Assembly: GCA_902598485.1 (NCBI GenBank)
Contig: CACKBU010000006.1
Span: 6,975 to 70,974, forward strand
Source: an uncultured Pelagibacteraceae bacterium
GTDB taxonomy: Bacteria > Pseudomonadota > Alphaproteobacteria > Pelagibacterales > Pelagibacteraceae
Reading direction: 5' to 3'
DNA length: 64,000 nucleotides
The stretch's first letter is position 1. Every line of letters begins with the position of its first letter. Under the pieces are notes generated by a model, which was given only the letters and a program-made list of their open reading frames with translations, did not search any database and was not told where the DNA came from. The translations under genes were made by a program, and so were the position numbers. Below, one piece after another: positions 20,660 through 30,520 of this stretch.

Positions 20660-23206
20660 TTAATGCTTTTCTAAAAGCTTAATATTTATAAAATCTTTAC
20701 CTAATTCTTTGTTGTTTTTTTTAATCTCGTCAAAAAAATTCCATGCTAAAACTAAAATTGTGGTATTTGGATCTTTTAGTTTATTTTTTGAACATATTGG
20801 TATTTTGACACCTGGTATAAATTTTCCGTGTTTTAATTTATTATCTTCAATAATAAAATTAATCTCTTTACTTATATTAAAATAATTTAATGCAGTAGTA
20901 GCTTTTGCAGGTGCTCCATAACCAACTAATAGCTTTTTATCCTGTTTTAATTTTTTTATATTCTTAATCACATTTAATCTTATTTTGTTAATTTTGTATC
21001 CAAAATCCTCATAGGTTTTAAACTTTTTAATTCCAAATTTTTCTTCTTCATTTATTAAATCTTTTACACTTTTTTGAATTTTAATATTTTTATCTTTTTT
21101 AATATAAACTCTCAAAGAACCACCATGGGTATTTATTTTTTCTGCTTTAAATATTTTGACGTCAAATTGATTAAAAAAATTAATTAATGATGTTAGTGAC
21201 CAATAATTATAATGCTCATGATAAATATTATCAAAAGTCAAATCCTTCAATGTATTTAGCAAATATTGAATTTCAATAATAATTGTCCCCTTTTTATTTA
21301 AAAGTTTTATCATACATTCTGCCATTTCTTTAAGGTTATCTGAATGAGCAAAAACATTTGAGGCAAGAATTAAATCTGCATTTCCTTTTATGTTTTTAAT
21401 ACTTTTTTTATTTAAGAAAATATTTAGAGTTTTGATTTTATTCTTGTTTGAAAGCTTAGCTAAATTTTTAGCAGGTTCGATACCTAAAATTTTTTTAAAA
21501 CCTAAGTCTTTAAATGGTTTTAGTGCAACACCATCATTGCTACCAATGTCAATTATGTAAGATATTTTTGGTTTTAACTTGAATTCACTTATATATTTTT
21601 TTGCTGCCTTAGAAAAATGCTCCCTAAAACTTTTTGATGTAGATGAAGTATACAAGTAATTTGAGAACATTTTTTTTGGATCAACAGCAACAGAAAGTTG
21701 GCAATTATGACATTTTGGACAATAATTAAGTTCTAATGGATAAAGGTCAGTTTTTTCATTTACTTTAGACAATAAATTATTTGCTAATGGTTGGTAACCA
21801 AGTGACACAACTCGTTTAAGCTTAGTTTCACCACATGATCTACAATCAAATTTATAGTATTTTAAAAGCATATCTCTTTCTTTTTCATCTACAAACCAAT
21901 GTCTAATTGTGTGAGAAATTCCATAATTTTCATGATCTCTCTCACCTCTAACTAAATTCAAAAATGTAGTATCTTTGGTGAAAACCATTGTATGGGCAAC
22001 ATTTGGTTTTATTATTGATAATTGGCCTTCATTAACTACTTGGGTAATTTTTGGTGAATTAGGATTTAGTATGTCTTGAAAAATTTCAATAATCTGACCT
22101 TTGGTAAATAAACATTTTTGTTCTTGTTGTGGATGATAATGATTTGCTCTAATAGTGCCTTTTTTTGAATCTATTAACCCAATTAAGTTAACAGGTTCAG
22201 TTAGTTCATGATTACTAATTTTTCCTCTTTCATCTACAAATTCATCTTTGCCATCTCTTACATGTTCTAAATCTTTAATTAAATCTTGTTTAGACCATTT
22301 TACTATCATTTCTTTTATACTTTCTTCGAGAGAATATAAAAATTCAAAACCTGTACTAGTAATTTTTTTATTAGAAAGTGAAAAACCCATATTAGGAACT
22401 TCATCATTTGTTTCTTTTAATATTATTTTTGGATTTATTTTTTTACATATTTCAGCAACTTCTTTTACTGTAATTGTGTCCTTAGTTACGTTGAATACTT
22501 CTGAGTTAAGATCATCTCTTTGTTCCATGAACTTAAAACATCTCGCAACATCAATTAACGGAACTAAACTTTTAATTTGTCTACCCCCAGCAAAAAGTTT
22601 TAATGTACCGTTTTGTGAAGCTACTTTTGAAAAAAAGTTTGCCATAATATCTACTCTTGCTGTGTCAGTTGAATATCCATAAACTGAACCCAGTCTTAGA
22701 ATAATATAATTCTTTCCTGAGGCTTTAAGTTGTTTTTCATTATAATCCTTTGACTTACCATAAGCTAATATAGGAGAAGTAGTTTCATCCTCCTCAATAT
22801 TAGTTTTAACCTTCTCAAGACCCTCATAAACTACGTGACTTGAAGGCATTATAATTTTGCAATCCTGTTTAATCACATCTAATATATTTTGAGTCCCTTC
22901 CTCTGCGACCTCTTTTATTCTAAGATCATGCTTATCATTACTTTCACTTTTGACTCGAGGGACATCAGTAATCCCAGCTAGATGGTGAACAATATCTGCA
23001 TCACTGCAATATTTTTTTATTAATTCTTTGTCTAATATATCGCCTTGAATAAATTCCATATTCCAATTTCTAATTTGATTTACTCTTTCTGATATGAAAC
23101 GGTTATCAATTACTATAATCTTATCATTCCAACTATATCCAGAGTATATCTTACATAATTCGGTTCCGATGTATCCAAGTCCACCTGTTATAACTATTTT
23201 TTTCAT
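20660..23206 (-). CDS. Three-domain fusion: extended SDR epimerase/reductase + cupin sugar isomerase/epimerase + Zn-binding NDP-hexose C-methyltransferase
   Basis: TGGLGYIG and YGKSK (SDR, ~aa1-305); DERG...RANHYH...AH (cupin, ~aa315-440); CRSC...CPKC, DIGSNDG, NVFAH, YHEH, HGGSLR, GYGAPAK, LAWN (C-MTase). Confidence 0.85.
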   Translation of the reverse strand: MKKIVITGGLGYIGTELCKIYSGYSWNDKIIVIDNRFISERVNQIRNWNMEFIQGDILDKELIKKYCSDADIVHHLAGITDVPRVKSESNDKHDLRIKEVAEEGTQNILDVIKQDCKIIMPSSHVVYEGLEKVKTNIEEDETTSPILAYGKSKDYNEKQLKASGKNYIILRLGSVYGYSTDTARVDIMANFFSKVASQNGTLKLFAGGRQIKSLVPLIDVARCFKFMEQRDDLNSEVFNVTKDTITVKEVAEICKKINPKIILKETNDEVPNMGFSLSNKKITSTGFEFLYSLEESIKEMIVKWSKQDLIKDLEHVRDGKDEFVDERGKISNHELTEPVNLIGLIDSKKGTIRANHYHPQQEQKCLFTKGQIIEIFQDILNPNSPKITQVVNEGQLSIIKPNVAHTMVFTKDTTFLNLVRGERDHENYGISHTIRHWFVDEKERDMLLKYYKFDCRSCGETKLKRVVSLGYQPLANNLLSKVNEKTDLYPLELNYCPKCHNCQLSVAVDPKKMFSNYLYTSSTSKSFREHFSKAAKKYISEFKLKPKISYIIDIGSNDGVALKPFKDLGFKKILGIEPAKNLAKLSNKNKIKTLNIFLNKKSIKNIKGNADLILASNVFAHSDNLKEMAECMIKLLNKKGTIIIEIQYLLNTLKDLTFDNIYHEHYNYWSLTSLINFFNQFDVKIFKAEKINTHGGSLRVYIKKDKNIKIQKSVKDLINEEEKFGIKKFKTYEDFGYKINKIRLNVIKNIKKLKQDKKLLVGYGAPAKATTALNYFNISKEINFIIEDNKLKHGKFIPGVKIPICSKNKLKDPNTTILVLAWNFFDEIKKNNKELGKDFINIKLLEKH

Positions 23207-23208
23207 AA

Positions 23209-23910
23209 TTATTTAAATTTTCCAATTATGATTTGGAATATAACCGCAAATATGTGATAAAATTTTATTTTTTTACCTTCATCATGAGTTCTTCCATTGT
23301 AATTAATAGGCACTTCGTAAAAAGTTTTTCCATTCCTTACCACTTTACACAATATTTCAGCATGTTGTTCAAAACCATTTGTTTTCAAATTATCATAATT
23401 AAGAAGTTCTTTTTTAAAACATGCGTAACAAGAATATACATCTGTAAAAGTTGTTTGATAAATTATATTGAATAGGAATGTAATAAAGTAATTTCCAATT
23501 TTGTTAAAAAAATGATGAGATCTAGTATAATCAGCATAATTAAATCTTGATCCTATAATCAAGTCAGGAGAAAATTTACTGATTAATTTAGTAAATTTAA
23601 GAAAATCGTTAGGGTCATACTCCAAATCTGCGTCCTGAAATGTAATATATTTTCCTGATGCTTTTTCTAAAGCACTTTTTACTGCATTTCCTTTGCCTTT
23701 ATTTTGTGAATTTTTAATTAAACAATCATAAAGATCGTGATTTTCATTTAAAATTTTCAAAGAGTTGTCCGTGGATCCATCGTTTACTACAATAATTTCA
23801 ATTGATTGAACTTTTTCTTTTAATTTAGTGAGGCTTGTCAAAATTTCTTTTACTGTATTTTCCTCATTATAAATTGGTACAATAATACTTAATAATTTTT
23901 CTTCACTCAT
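23209..23910 (-). CDS. Glycosyltransferase family 2 (DPM1-like)
   Basis: IIVPIYNEE, VNDGSTD, N.GKG.A, QDADLEYDP, GSRF. Confidence 0.9.
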   Translation of the reverse strand: MSEEKLLSIIVPIYNEENTVKEILTSLTKLKEKVQSIEIIVVNDGSTDNSLKILNENHDLYDCLIKNSQNKGKGNAVKSALEKASGKYITFQDADLEYDPNDFLKFTKLISKFSPDLIIGSRFNYADYTRSHHFFNKIGNYFITFLFNIIYQTTFTDVYSCYACFKKELLNYDNLKTNGFEQHAEILCKVVRNGKTFYEVPINYNGRTHDEGKKIKFYHIFAVIFQIIIGKFK

Positions 23911-24074
23911 AGAAGCACCTTATTAATACATTATAACTAAATAATAAACATAAATACAATTATTAGTTGTTAAAATAAGAAATAATAATTAGGTAAAAAA
24001 GTTGATGAGTTAATAGAATTGGACTGAGGCAACCTCTTATTTCAAAAACTGTAATTTTGGGTTTTTGTATAAAT

Positions 24075-25178
24075 TTAATTTTTTAAATCATCCTTATCAG
24101 TTTTAGTTTCTAAATTATCTTCCTCAGTTTTATTTTCAAGACTGTCAATGTTATGATTATTATCTCGCTCAGAAATTTCATCACTATAAAATTTTTTTAC
24201 AAGCTCTTCTTCTTTTAGTCTTTGTTCCTCATCAAATTTTTTCTCCCATTCTTTCATTCGCCTATTTTCCTCATCTTCTCTCTCTTTTTGAGCGATTTCA
24301 GCTAATCGAATTCTCTCGTTTTCTTCTTCAATTCTTTTTTGTCTTTCCTCTTCTATTTTCAATTCTCTTTCTCTTTGACGTCTTTCATTTTCTTTATTTA
24401 TTCTTTCTCTTTCTGCTTCTTTAAGTTCTTTTTCTTTAATTCTTAATTCCTCTTCCTTGGCTCTTTGCTCAGCCTCCTCTTTTAAAATCTGTCTTTGAAT
24501 TTCCTGTTGTCTTTCGGTTTCTAGGTCTCTTAATCTTTCTTCCATTTCTTTAAGTTTTTCTTGCTCATATTTCAGCTTCCTGGCTGCCTCTCTTAATCTT
24601 TGTTCTTCCTCAAGTCTATTTTTCCTTTCAATTTCTTTTAATCTTAATTTTTCTTGTCTTTCCTTTTCTTTTTCGTCTCTTCTCTTTTGAGCTTCAATTT
24701 CTTTATTTTTTAATTCTTCCTCTTTAATTCTAATATTTTCTTCTCTAATTCTTTGTCTCTCTAACATTTTTAGCCTTAAATCTTCTTCTTTAAGCTTTCT
24801 GGCTTCCTCTCTAAGTTTTCTAGTTTCTTCGTCTTTAATTTTTTTCTGTTCTATTTTAATTCTTTGAGCTTCTACTTTTTGTCTTTTCTCTTCATTCTTT
24901 TTTTTCAGCTTTTCATTTTCAATGATTAATTTTTTTTGAAAAAGAAGTTTCTTTCTTTCTTCTTTAAGTTCGTCTTGTTTAGCTTTTTTTGCTAATTTTT
25001 TTTCTAAAATTAATTCTCTTTTCTTCTCTTTTTCTAATTGTTTTTGTAATGCTAAATCTTTTTTAACTTTGTTTTTTTTAAAATCATTTAAAAGTGAGGA
25101 AAATTTATTTTTAGTTTTATCTATTGGATCAAATAAATTCTTTTTAATATTTTTATTAATGTCTTTTATTGAAACCAT
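24075..25178 (-). CDS. Highly charged E/K/R-rich long alpha-helical protein of unknown function
   Basis: ~300 aa almost devoid of G/P, with repeats such as REEARKLKEE/REAARKLKYE; no TM segment; start uncertain (TTG 25193 or ATG 25178). Confidence 0.7.
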   Translation of the reverse strand: MVSIKDINKNIKKNLFDPIDKTKNKFSSLLNDFKKNKVKKDLALQKQLEKEKKRELILEKKLAKKAKQDELKEERKKLLFQKKLIIENEKLKKKNEEKRQKVEAQRIKIEQKKIKDEETRKLREEARKLKEEDLRLKMLERQRIREENIRIKEEELKNKEIEAQKRRDEKEKERQEKLRLKEIERKNRLEEEQRLREAARKLKYEQEKLKEMEERLRDLETERQQEIQRQILKEEAEQRAKEEELRIKEKELKEAERERINKENERRQRERELKIEEERQKRIEEENERIRLAEIAQKEREDEENRRMKEWEKKFDEEQRLKEEELVKKFYSDEISERDNNHNIDSLENKTEEDNLETKTDKDDLKN

Positions 25179-25299
25179 TTTTAAAAGTATCAATTAGAAT
25201 AATAACACTAAATATTATGTGTGGCTAAATTGAGTTTTTTTTTCAGACCAAATACAACTTAAGATTGTCTGATTTTAAATTAGTTAACAAAATGCATTT

Positions 25300-25390
25300 T
25301 CAACTAATAAGTGTTCTTAGATATTTAAAGAATCACTTAGTTTGGAATCGTGAGGTGATGGAGGGAGACTGAAGTCACCTCTTTTTTTTA
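25300..25390 (+). ncRNA. Candidate small RNA (two hairpins, intrinsic terminator)
   Basis: Hairpin TAAGTG-TTCTT/AAGAA-T-CACTTA (25308-25339); hairpin GAGGTGA/TCACCTC (25352-25381) followed by T8; both flanking genes are on the minus strand; upstream TTGTCT-N17-CAAAAT. Confidence 0.45.
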
Positions 25391-25394
25391 CTTG

Positions 25395-26180
25395 TTATAA
25401 TTTTAAGTATTCGTAAAAAAATTTAATTGAAACAACTAAAAGAAAAACTCCAAAAAATTTACTAATTTTATTCTTATCAATACTATGAACTGTTTTAGCT
25501 CCTATCCTAGCCATAAAAGTTGTAATCGGTATGAAAATTAAAAAAGCTGGTATGTTTATAAAACCAATACTTAATGGAAGACTTGAGTTTAAATAATTTC
25601 CTGAAATTAAAAAACCTATTGCTCCAAATAGAGCAATTAAAAAACCTATAGCTGCTGCACTACCTATAGCTTTATTTATTGAATAACCAAAAAACTTAAG
25701 GATAGGAACATTCATTACAGCTCCTCCTATACCCATAGGAGCAGATATAAACCCAACAAGAAAACCAAGAATTACTTTTAGATGTAATTTCATTTTAACA
25801 ATTATGGTTTGTTCCTTTTCTTTTATTAAAAGTAAGTAAATTCCTAAAAATAAAATCATTATAGAAAAAAATAAAACCAAGGATTTAGTTTTTAAAGAAG
25901 CTGCAAAAGCAGTACCAACAACAACACCTAGTACAACAAACAAACCATAGTTTTTAACAATATCGAAATCAACAGCTTTAAATTTGTGATGTGTTAAAAC
26001 TGAAACTGTAGATGTTGGTATTATAATTGCAAAGGAAGTTCCAACGGCAAGGTGCATAACATATTGAGGATCAATTTCTAAAGAACCAAAAATAAAATAT
26101 AAAAAGGGAACAGTTATTAACCCTCCTCCAATACCAAATAATCCAGCAACAAAACCAACTGGAATCGCTGTTAAAACCAT
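25395..26180 (-). CDS. TauE/SafE sulfite-exporter family membrane protein
   Basis: GFVAGLFGIGGG...VP and second-repeat GIGGAV..VP; about 8 TM segments; frame stays open ~13 codons upstream. Confidence 0.88.
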   Translation of the reverse strand: MVLTAIPVGFVAGLFGIGGGLITVPFLYFIFGSLEIDPQYVMHLAVGTSFAIIIPTSTVSVLTHHKFKAVDFDIVKNYGLFVVLGVVVGTAFAASLKTKSLVLFFSIMILFLGIYLLLIKEKEQTIIVKMKLHLKVILGFLVGFISAPMGIGGAVMNVPILKFFGYSINKAIGSAAAIGFLIALFGAIGFLISGNYLNSSLPLSIGFINIPAFLIFIPITTFMARIGAKTVHSIDKNKISKFFGVFLLVVSIKFFYEYLKL

Positions 26181-26220
26181 TAATAAAATAATATAACTGT
26201 ATTCGTTTGTTAAAATTGAA

Positions 26221-27213
26221 TTAAGCAGACTGGCCTACTCTAGTATCTACATTATTGTATTTAATTTTATCCATAATGTGATCAATTTTTTTCACATCGG
26301 CATCTCTTACACACATGTTTTCACTTAAATATCTTTTCCAATAACTTGCACCTGTTTGACCATGAAATAAACCAAGAGTATGTCTCATGATTTGATTTAA
26401 TCTTGTTCCCTTTTTTAATTCTTCTTTAACATAAGGAATAAGCTGTTCAATTACATCTTGTCTGCTTGGAACATCGTCATTATTAAATATTTCTCTTTCA
26501 ATATCTGCTAATAAATAAGGGGTATGATACGCAGCTCTTCCTATCATTACACCATCTGTTTTTTCTAAATGAGGTTTTATTTCATCTACTGAAGTTATTC
26601 CTCCATTTATAATAATCTCTTCATTAGGAAAATCTTTTTTTAAATTATAAACATATTCGTATTTTAGAGGAGGAATATTTAAATTTTGCTTAGGTGTAAA
26701 TTTACCTAACATTGCTTTTCTTGCATGAATGATGAAAGTTTTAACTCCAGTTTCTTTTAAGGTAGAAATAAAACTATGTAAATTTTCATAATCTTCTACA
26801 TCATCGTAACCAATTCTTGTTTTTATAGTTACTGGAAGCTTTGTAACTGATTGCATTTTACTCAAACAATCTGCCACTAAATTTGGCTCTTTCATTAAAC
26901 AAGCACCAAATCTATTTTTTTCAACTTTTTTACTTGGGCAACCTAAGTTTAGATTAATTTCATCATAACCAAAATTTTCACCTATTTTAGTGGCTTCAGC
27001 TAAAAGCTTTGGAGAAGAGCCTCCTAATTGAAGTGCAACAGGTTTCTCATTAATACTAAACTCTAATAACTTTTTTTTATCTCCTCTGTTTATGGCTTCA
27101 TCGACTATCATCTCAGTATAAAGAAGAGTATTTTTGGATATTAATCTAAGAAAATATCGTTCATGACGATCTGTACAATCCATCATAGGAGCAACTGACA
27201 CTTTCCTATTCAT
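26221..27213 (-). CDS. dusA: tRNA-dihydrouridine synthase A
   Basis: VAPMMD.TDRH.RY, YTEM, QLGGS, NLN.GCPS, HARKA.L, NGGI, GVMIGRAAY. Confidence 0.95.
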   Translation of the reverse strand: MNRKVSVAPMMDCTDRHERYFLRLISKNTLLYTEMIVDEAINRGDKKKLLEFSINEKPVALQLGGSSPKLLAEATKIGENFGYDEINLNLGCPSKKVEKNRFGACLMKEPNLVADCLSKMQSVTKLPVTIKTRIGYDDVEDYENLHSFISTLKETGVKTFIIHARKAMLGKFTPKQNLNIPPLKYEYVYNLKKDFPNEEIIINGGITSVDEIKPHLEKTDGVMIGRAAYHTPYLLADIEREIFNNDDVPSRQDVIEQLIPYVKEELKKGTRLNQIMRHTLGLFHGQTGASYWKRYLSENMCVRDADVKKIDHIMDKIKYNNVDTRVGQSA

Positions 27214-27235
27214 GCTATAACTTTATATTATTTTT

Positions 27236-27772
27236 TTAAGAGTTTGAAGCTTCAGTGTCGTCTGAAGATACGTCTGCTTCTTGATTTTCTGTCTCTGATA
27301 ATTCATCTAAAGAAACCTCTCCTTGCTCATTCATAGTTTCTTCGCCTCCCGAATTATCAACCTCTGCTGTAGCTGTTTCAGATAGCTCAGCTAAATCTTC
27401 TTTTGTTACTTGAAATTTGTCAGGTGTTTTTCTTGCTCTTTTAGATGGTAAAATTGGTGTACCACTTTTTGAAATTTCGCCTTTGTATAGATTTTCAAAA
27501 TCATCACCTATTTCTTCATCATCTTCTGCAGTATCATCAACCTGTTCAACATGTTTTCTAAGTTTGTAAACAGCGCTATCAGTTAAATCTGAAACTTTAA
27601 TTTTTTCTTCTGCAATTTCTCTTAATGAAATAACTGTATTTTTATCGTTATCTCTATCAATTGTTGGTTCTATTCCTGCATTAAGTTGAGTAGCTCTTTC
27701 TTTAGCAACAAGTACTAATTCGTAAGGACTCTCAACTTTATCTATACAGTCTTCTACAGTAACTCTAGCCAT
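27236..27772 (-). CDS. rpoZ: RNA polymerase omega subunit with long acidic C-terminal extension
   Basis: MARVTVEDCIDKV...ELVL.A..RA..L, DK.TVI.LREIA. Confidence 0.95.
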   Translation of the reverse strand: MARVTVEDCIDKVESPYELVLVAKERATQLNAGIEPTIDRDNDKNTVISLREIAEEKIKVSDLTDSAVYKLRKHVEQVDDTAEDDEEIGDDFENLYKGEISKSGTPILPSKRARKTPDKFQVTKEDLAELSETATAEVDNSGGEETMNEQGEVSLDELSETENQEADVSSDDTEASNS

Positions 27773-27810
27773 GCAGAGTATCTACACAGTGAGTCTTTAA
27801 AAATCAAGGG

Positions 27811-29022
27811 CTATTTTTCTAAATAATGAGGATTTAACTTATTTTTAACTAAATAAAGAAGAATAATTGAGCCAAAGATATAAGTTCCTGAAACAACGGC
27901 TATGTCTTCAATTGAAAAACCAATATCAATCAGAAAGCCAAATAGAGCCGTACCAAATGCTGTTGAAAACACCATCAATGCAGTTGTTAAGGCTTTTATG
28001 GACCCAATATATTTAACACCATAAATCTCAGCCCAAGTTGAGGAACCAAGCACGTTTGCCAAACCATTGGTTATCCCCATTAAACCAAAAAATACAAAAG
28101 AAGACAGCGGTGCATCAAAATAGTAAAGAACTATAGTACCAAAAAGAAGTGGGATATTCATATAGATTAATAATTTTCTACTTGAAAATTTATCAATTAA
28201 AAATCCAGATATAAAAAGAGTAATTACTGATAAAATAGAGTAAGCCATAAATGATTGTGCAATCACATAAGGTCCCCATTCTTTAGAGGAGGATATAAAA
28301 GACTGATAAACAAAAGATCCAGTAGCAATCCATGGCATTGCTAACATCGTCATACAAATGATGTAAAATCTATAATCTTTTAAAACCTCTATTCTTTCCC
28401 ATTGTTTAATTTCTTTATTATTTTCCTCAATTTTAGATTCTTCTCTCGTATCAAGCTTAACATCTTTAACTAAAAGAAAAGTTGCAATAGGTAAAACAAG
28501 TATAACTAAAATAGATATTGAAACCCAAATATCTCTCCATTCTATAAAAGTTAATAAAAAAACAATTAAAACTGGCATTATAAATTCAGCAAATGACAAT
28601 CCTAACCAACTTGTACTTAAAGCTCTTCCTCTATTTTTTTCAAAAAAACGGGATATGGTTGTTGTTGCTGTGTGACTTGATAATCCTTGTCCAGCTAATC
28701 TCATTAAAAAAATTCCTATAAATAAAAAAATAACAGATGAAATTTTTGAAAATATAAAGCAAGAAGCAGATAAAAAAATAATCACATAAGAAGCAAACTT
28801 TAATATGTTTACATCATCAATTTTTTTTCCAATCCAAACTAAAACAATACTACTTAGTAAAGTGGCTGATGCATAAATTGAGCCAAATTGTCCATGTGTA
28901 ATTAATAAGGCGTCTCTAATACTAGAATTAAATAGGCCAAGAAAAAAACTCTGTCCAAAACTTGAAAAAAATGTAAAAATAAATCCAAATACAATTACTT
29001 TTAAACTTAAACTTTTAAACAT
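27811..29022 (-). CDS. MFS transporter
   Basis: About 12 TM segments, SSFGQ.FF, G..ID motifs, W.E.YG...IGSIK. Confidence 0.85.
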   Translation of the reverse strand: MFKSLSLKVIVFGFIFTFFSSFGQSFFLGLFNSSIRDALLITHGQFGSIYASATLLSSIVLVWIGKKIDDVNILKFASYVIIFLSASCFIFSKISSVIFLFIGIFLMRLAGQGLSSHTATTTISRFFEKNRGRALSTSWLGLSFAEFIMPVLIVFLLTFIEWRDIWVSISILVILVLPIATFLLVKDVKLDTREESKIEENNKEIKQWERIEVLKDYRFYIICMTMLAMPWIATGSFVYQSFISSSKEWGPYVIAQSFMAYSILSVITLFISGFLIDKFSSRKLLIYMNIPLLFGTIVLYYFDAPLSSFVFFGLMGITNGLANVLGSSTWAEIYGVKYIGSIKALTTALMVFSTAFGTALFGFLIDIGFSIEDIAVVSGTYIFGSIILLYLVKNKLNPHYLEK

Positions 29023-29033
29023 AGAAAAAAATT

Positions 29034-29909
29034 ATGACTTGTAATGTTGCTTTCATAGGTCTTGGTGTTATGGGCTACCCAATGGCTGGATATATATCAA
29101 AAGCCGGACACAATGTAACTGTTTTTAATAGAACTAAATCTAAAGCTGAAAAATGGATTGGTGAATATAAAGGTAAAATGGCCAATACACCTGCGGAGGC
29201 TGCAGATGGTGCTGATTTCATTTTTACATGTGTTGGTAATGATGATGATTTAAGAGAAGTAGCAACTGGAGAAAATGGATTATTCAACACAGCAAAAGCT
29301 GGGTCTATTTTTATTGATAACTCAACTGTATCTGCAGAAGTATCAAGAGAATTAAATAAAAAAGCAAATGATAAAGGGTTTAGTTTTTTAGATGCCCCTA
29401 TTTCTGGTGGACAAGCTGGTGCTGAGGGCGGAATACTAACAGTAATGGTTGGTGGCGATGAAGAAGTGTTTAAAAAGGCTGAACCTGTGATTGATTGTTA
29501 CAGTAAAAAAGTAAAATTAATTGGTCCTTGTGGAAGTGGTCAGTTAACAAAGATGATGAACCAAATGTGTATTGCTGGAACAGTTCAAGGTTTGTCAGAG
29601 GCAATTAATTTTGGAATAAACGCTGGCTTAGATATGGATAAAGTTATGGAAACAATATCTAAGGGTGCAGCACAATCTTGGCAAATGGAAAATAGATACC
29701 GAACTATGACTGATGATAAGTTTGATTATGGTTTTGCTATTGATTGGATGAGAAAAGATTTAAAAATCGCAATTGAAGAAGCAAAGAAAAATGGCTCACC
29801 AGTTCCTATAACAGAAATTATTGATGGCTATTATGCTGAAGTTCAAGAAATGGGTGGAAATCGTTGGGATAGCTCAGGTTTGATTGCTAGATTAAAAAAG
29901 AAAAAATAA
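29034..29909 (+). CDS. NAD(P)-dependent beta-hydroxyacid dehydrogenase (3-hydroxyisobutyrate dehydrogenase family)
   Basis: FIGLGVMG.PMA, DAPISGGQ.GA, GSGQ..KM.NQ, KDL. Confidence 0.88.
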   Translation: MTCNVAFIGLGVMGYPMAGYISKAGHNVTVFNRTKSKAEKWIGEYKGKMANTPAEAADGADFIFTCVGNDDDLREVATGENGLFNTAKAGSIFIDNSTVSAEVSRELNKKANDKGFSFLDAPISGGQAGAEGGILTVMVGGDEEVFKKAEPVIDCYSKKVKLIGPCGSGQLTKMMNQMCIAGTVQGLSEAINFGINAGLDMDKVMETISKGAAQSWQMENRYRTMTDDKFDYGFAIDWMRKDLKIAIEEAKKNGSPVPITEIIDGYYAEVQEMGGNRWDSSGLIARLKKKK

Positions 29910-29914
29910 TATTT

Positions 29915-30520
29915 GTGACGGATACAGTTCCTTATTACGAGGACTTTGCAGAGATCAAAAAGAAGATTTGGTCAATGCTGGATAATGCTGTGAAAGACAG
30001 AGGTTCTCCTTTTAGAATACCTGTGTTTATTTGTGGGGATCAATCTGACTTAGATGGAAGAATTGTAGTTTTAAGAAAATCAGACCAATCAAATAATATT
30101 GTGCAATATCATAGTGATATTAGATCAGATAAAATAGAAAAGCTAAAAGCAAATAAAAATGCTGCAATGTTATTTTATGATAAAGATGAAAAGATACAGG
30201 TCAGATTAAAAGTAGAATGCATTATTAATCACAATAATAATGTAACAAAAGAATCGTGGTCTAAAACCCAGCATATAAGTAGGAAATGTTATTTAGTTGA
30301 TAATGGTCCAGGAACTGAATCAGATCTACCAACCTCTGGACTAAAACCAGAATTAGATAATTTTGACTACACAAAAGAACAAAGTGAAGAAGGTTACAAA
30401 AACTTTACTGTCATACAGTGTAAGATTAAATCAATAGAATGGCTTTACTTGGCAGCTAAAGGCCATCGAAGAGCTAAGTTTAATTTAGAAAATAATAAAG
30501 ATACCTGGCTAGTTCCATAG
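29915..30520 (+). CDS. Pyridoxamine 5'-phosphate oxidase-like FMN-binding protein
   Basis: R.VVLR, HSD.RS.K, LFYD...KIQVR, L.L...GHRRA, WLVP. Confidence 0.8.
   Translation: MTDTVPYYEDFAEIKKKIWSMLDNAVKDRGSPFRIPVFICGDQSDLDGRIVVLRKSDQSNNIVQYHSDIRSDKIEKLKANKNAAMLFYDKDEKIQVRLKVECIINHNNNVTKESWSKTQHISRKCYLVDNGPGTESDLPTSGLKPELDNFDYTKEQSEEGYKNFTVIQCKIKSIEWLYLAAKGHRRAKFNLENNKDTWLVP

Noticed and set aside
23911-24074. Possible riboswitch or sRNA around GAGG-CAA-CCTC
   Set aside because: Only a 4-bp stem; no recognisable aptamer consensus or terminator
24075-25193. Calling the charged helical protein TolA
   Set aside because: No N-terminal TM helix, no TolA/TonB C-terminal domain, no tol-pal context
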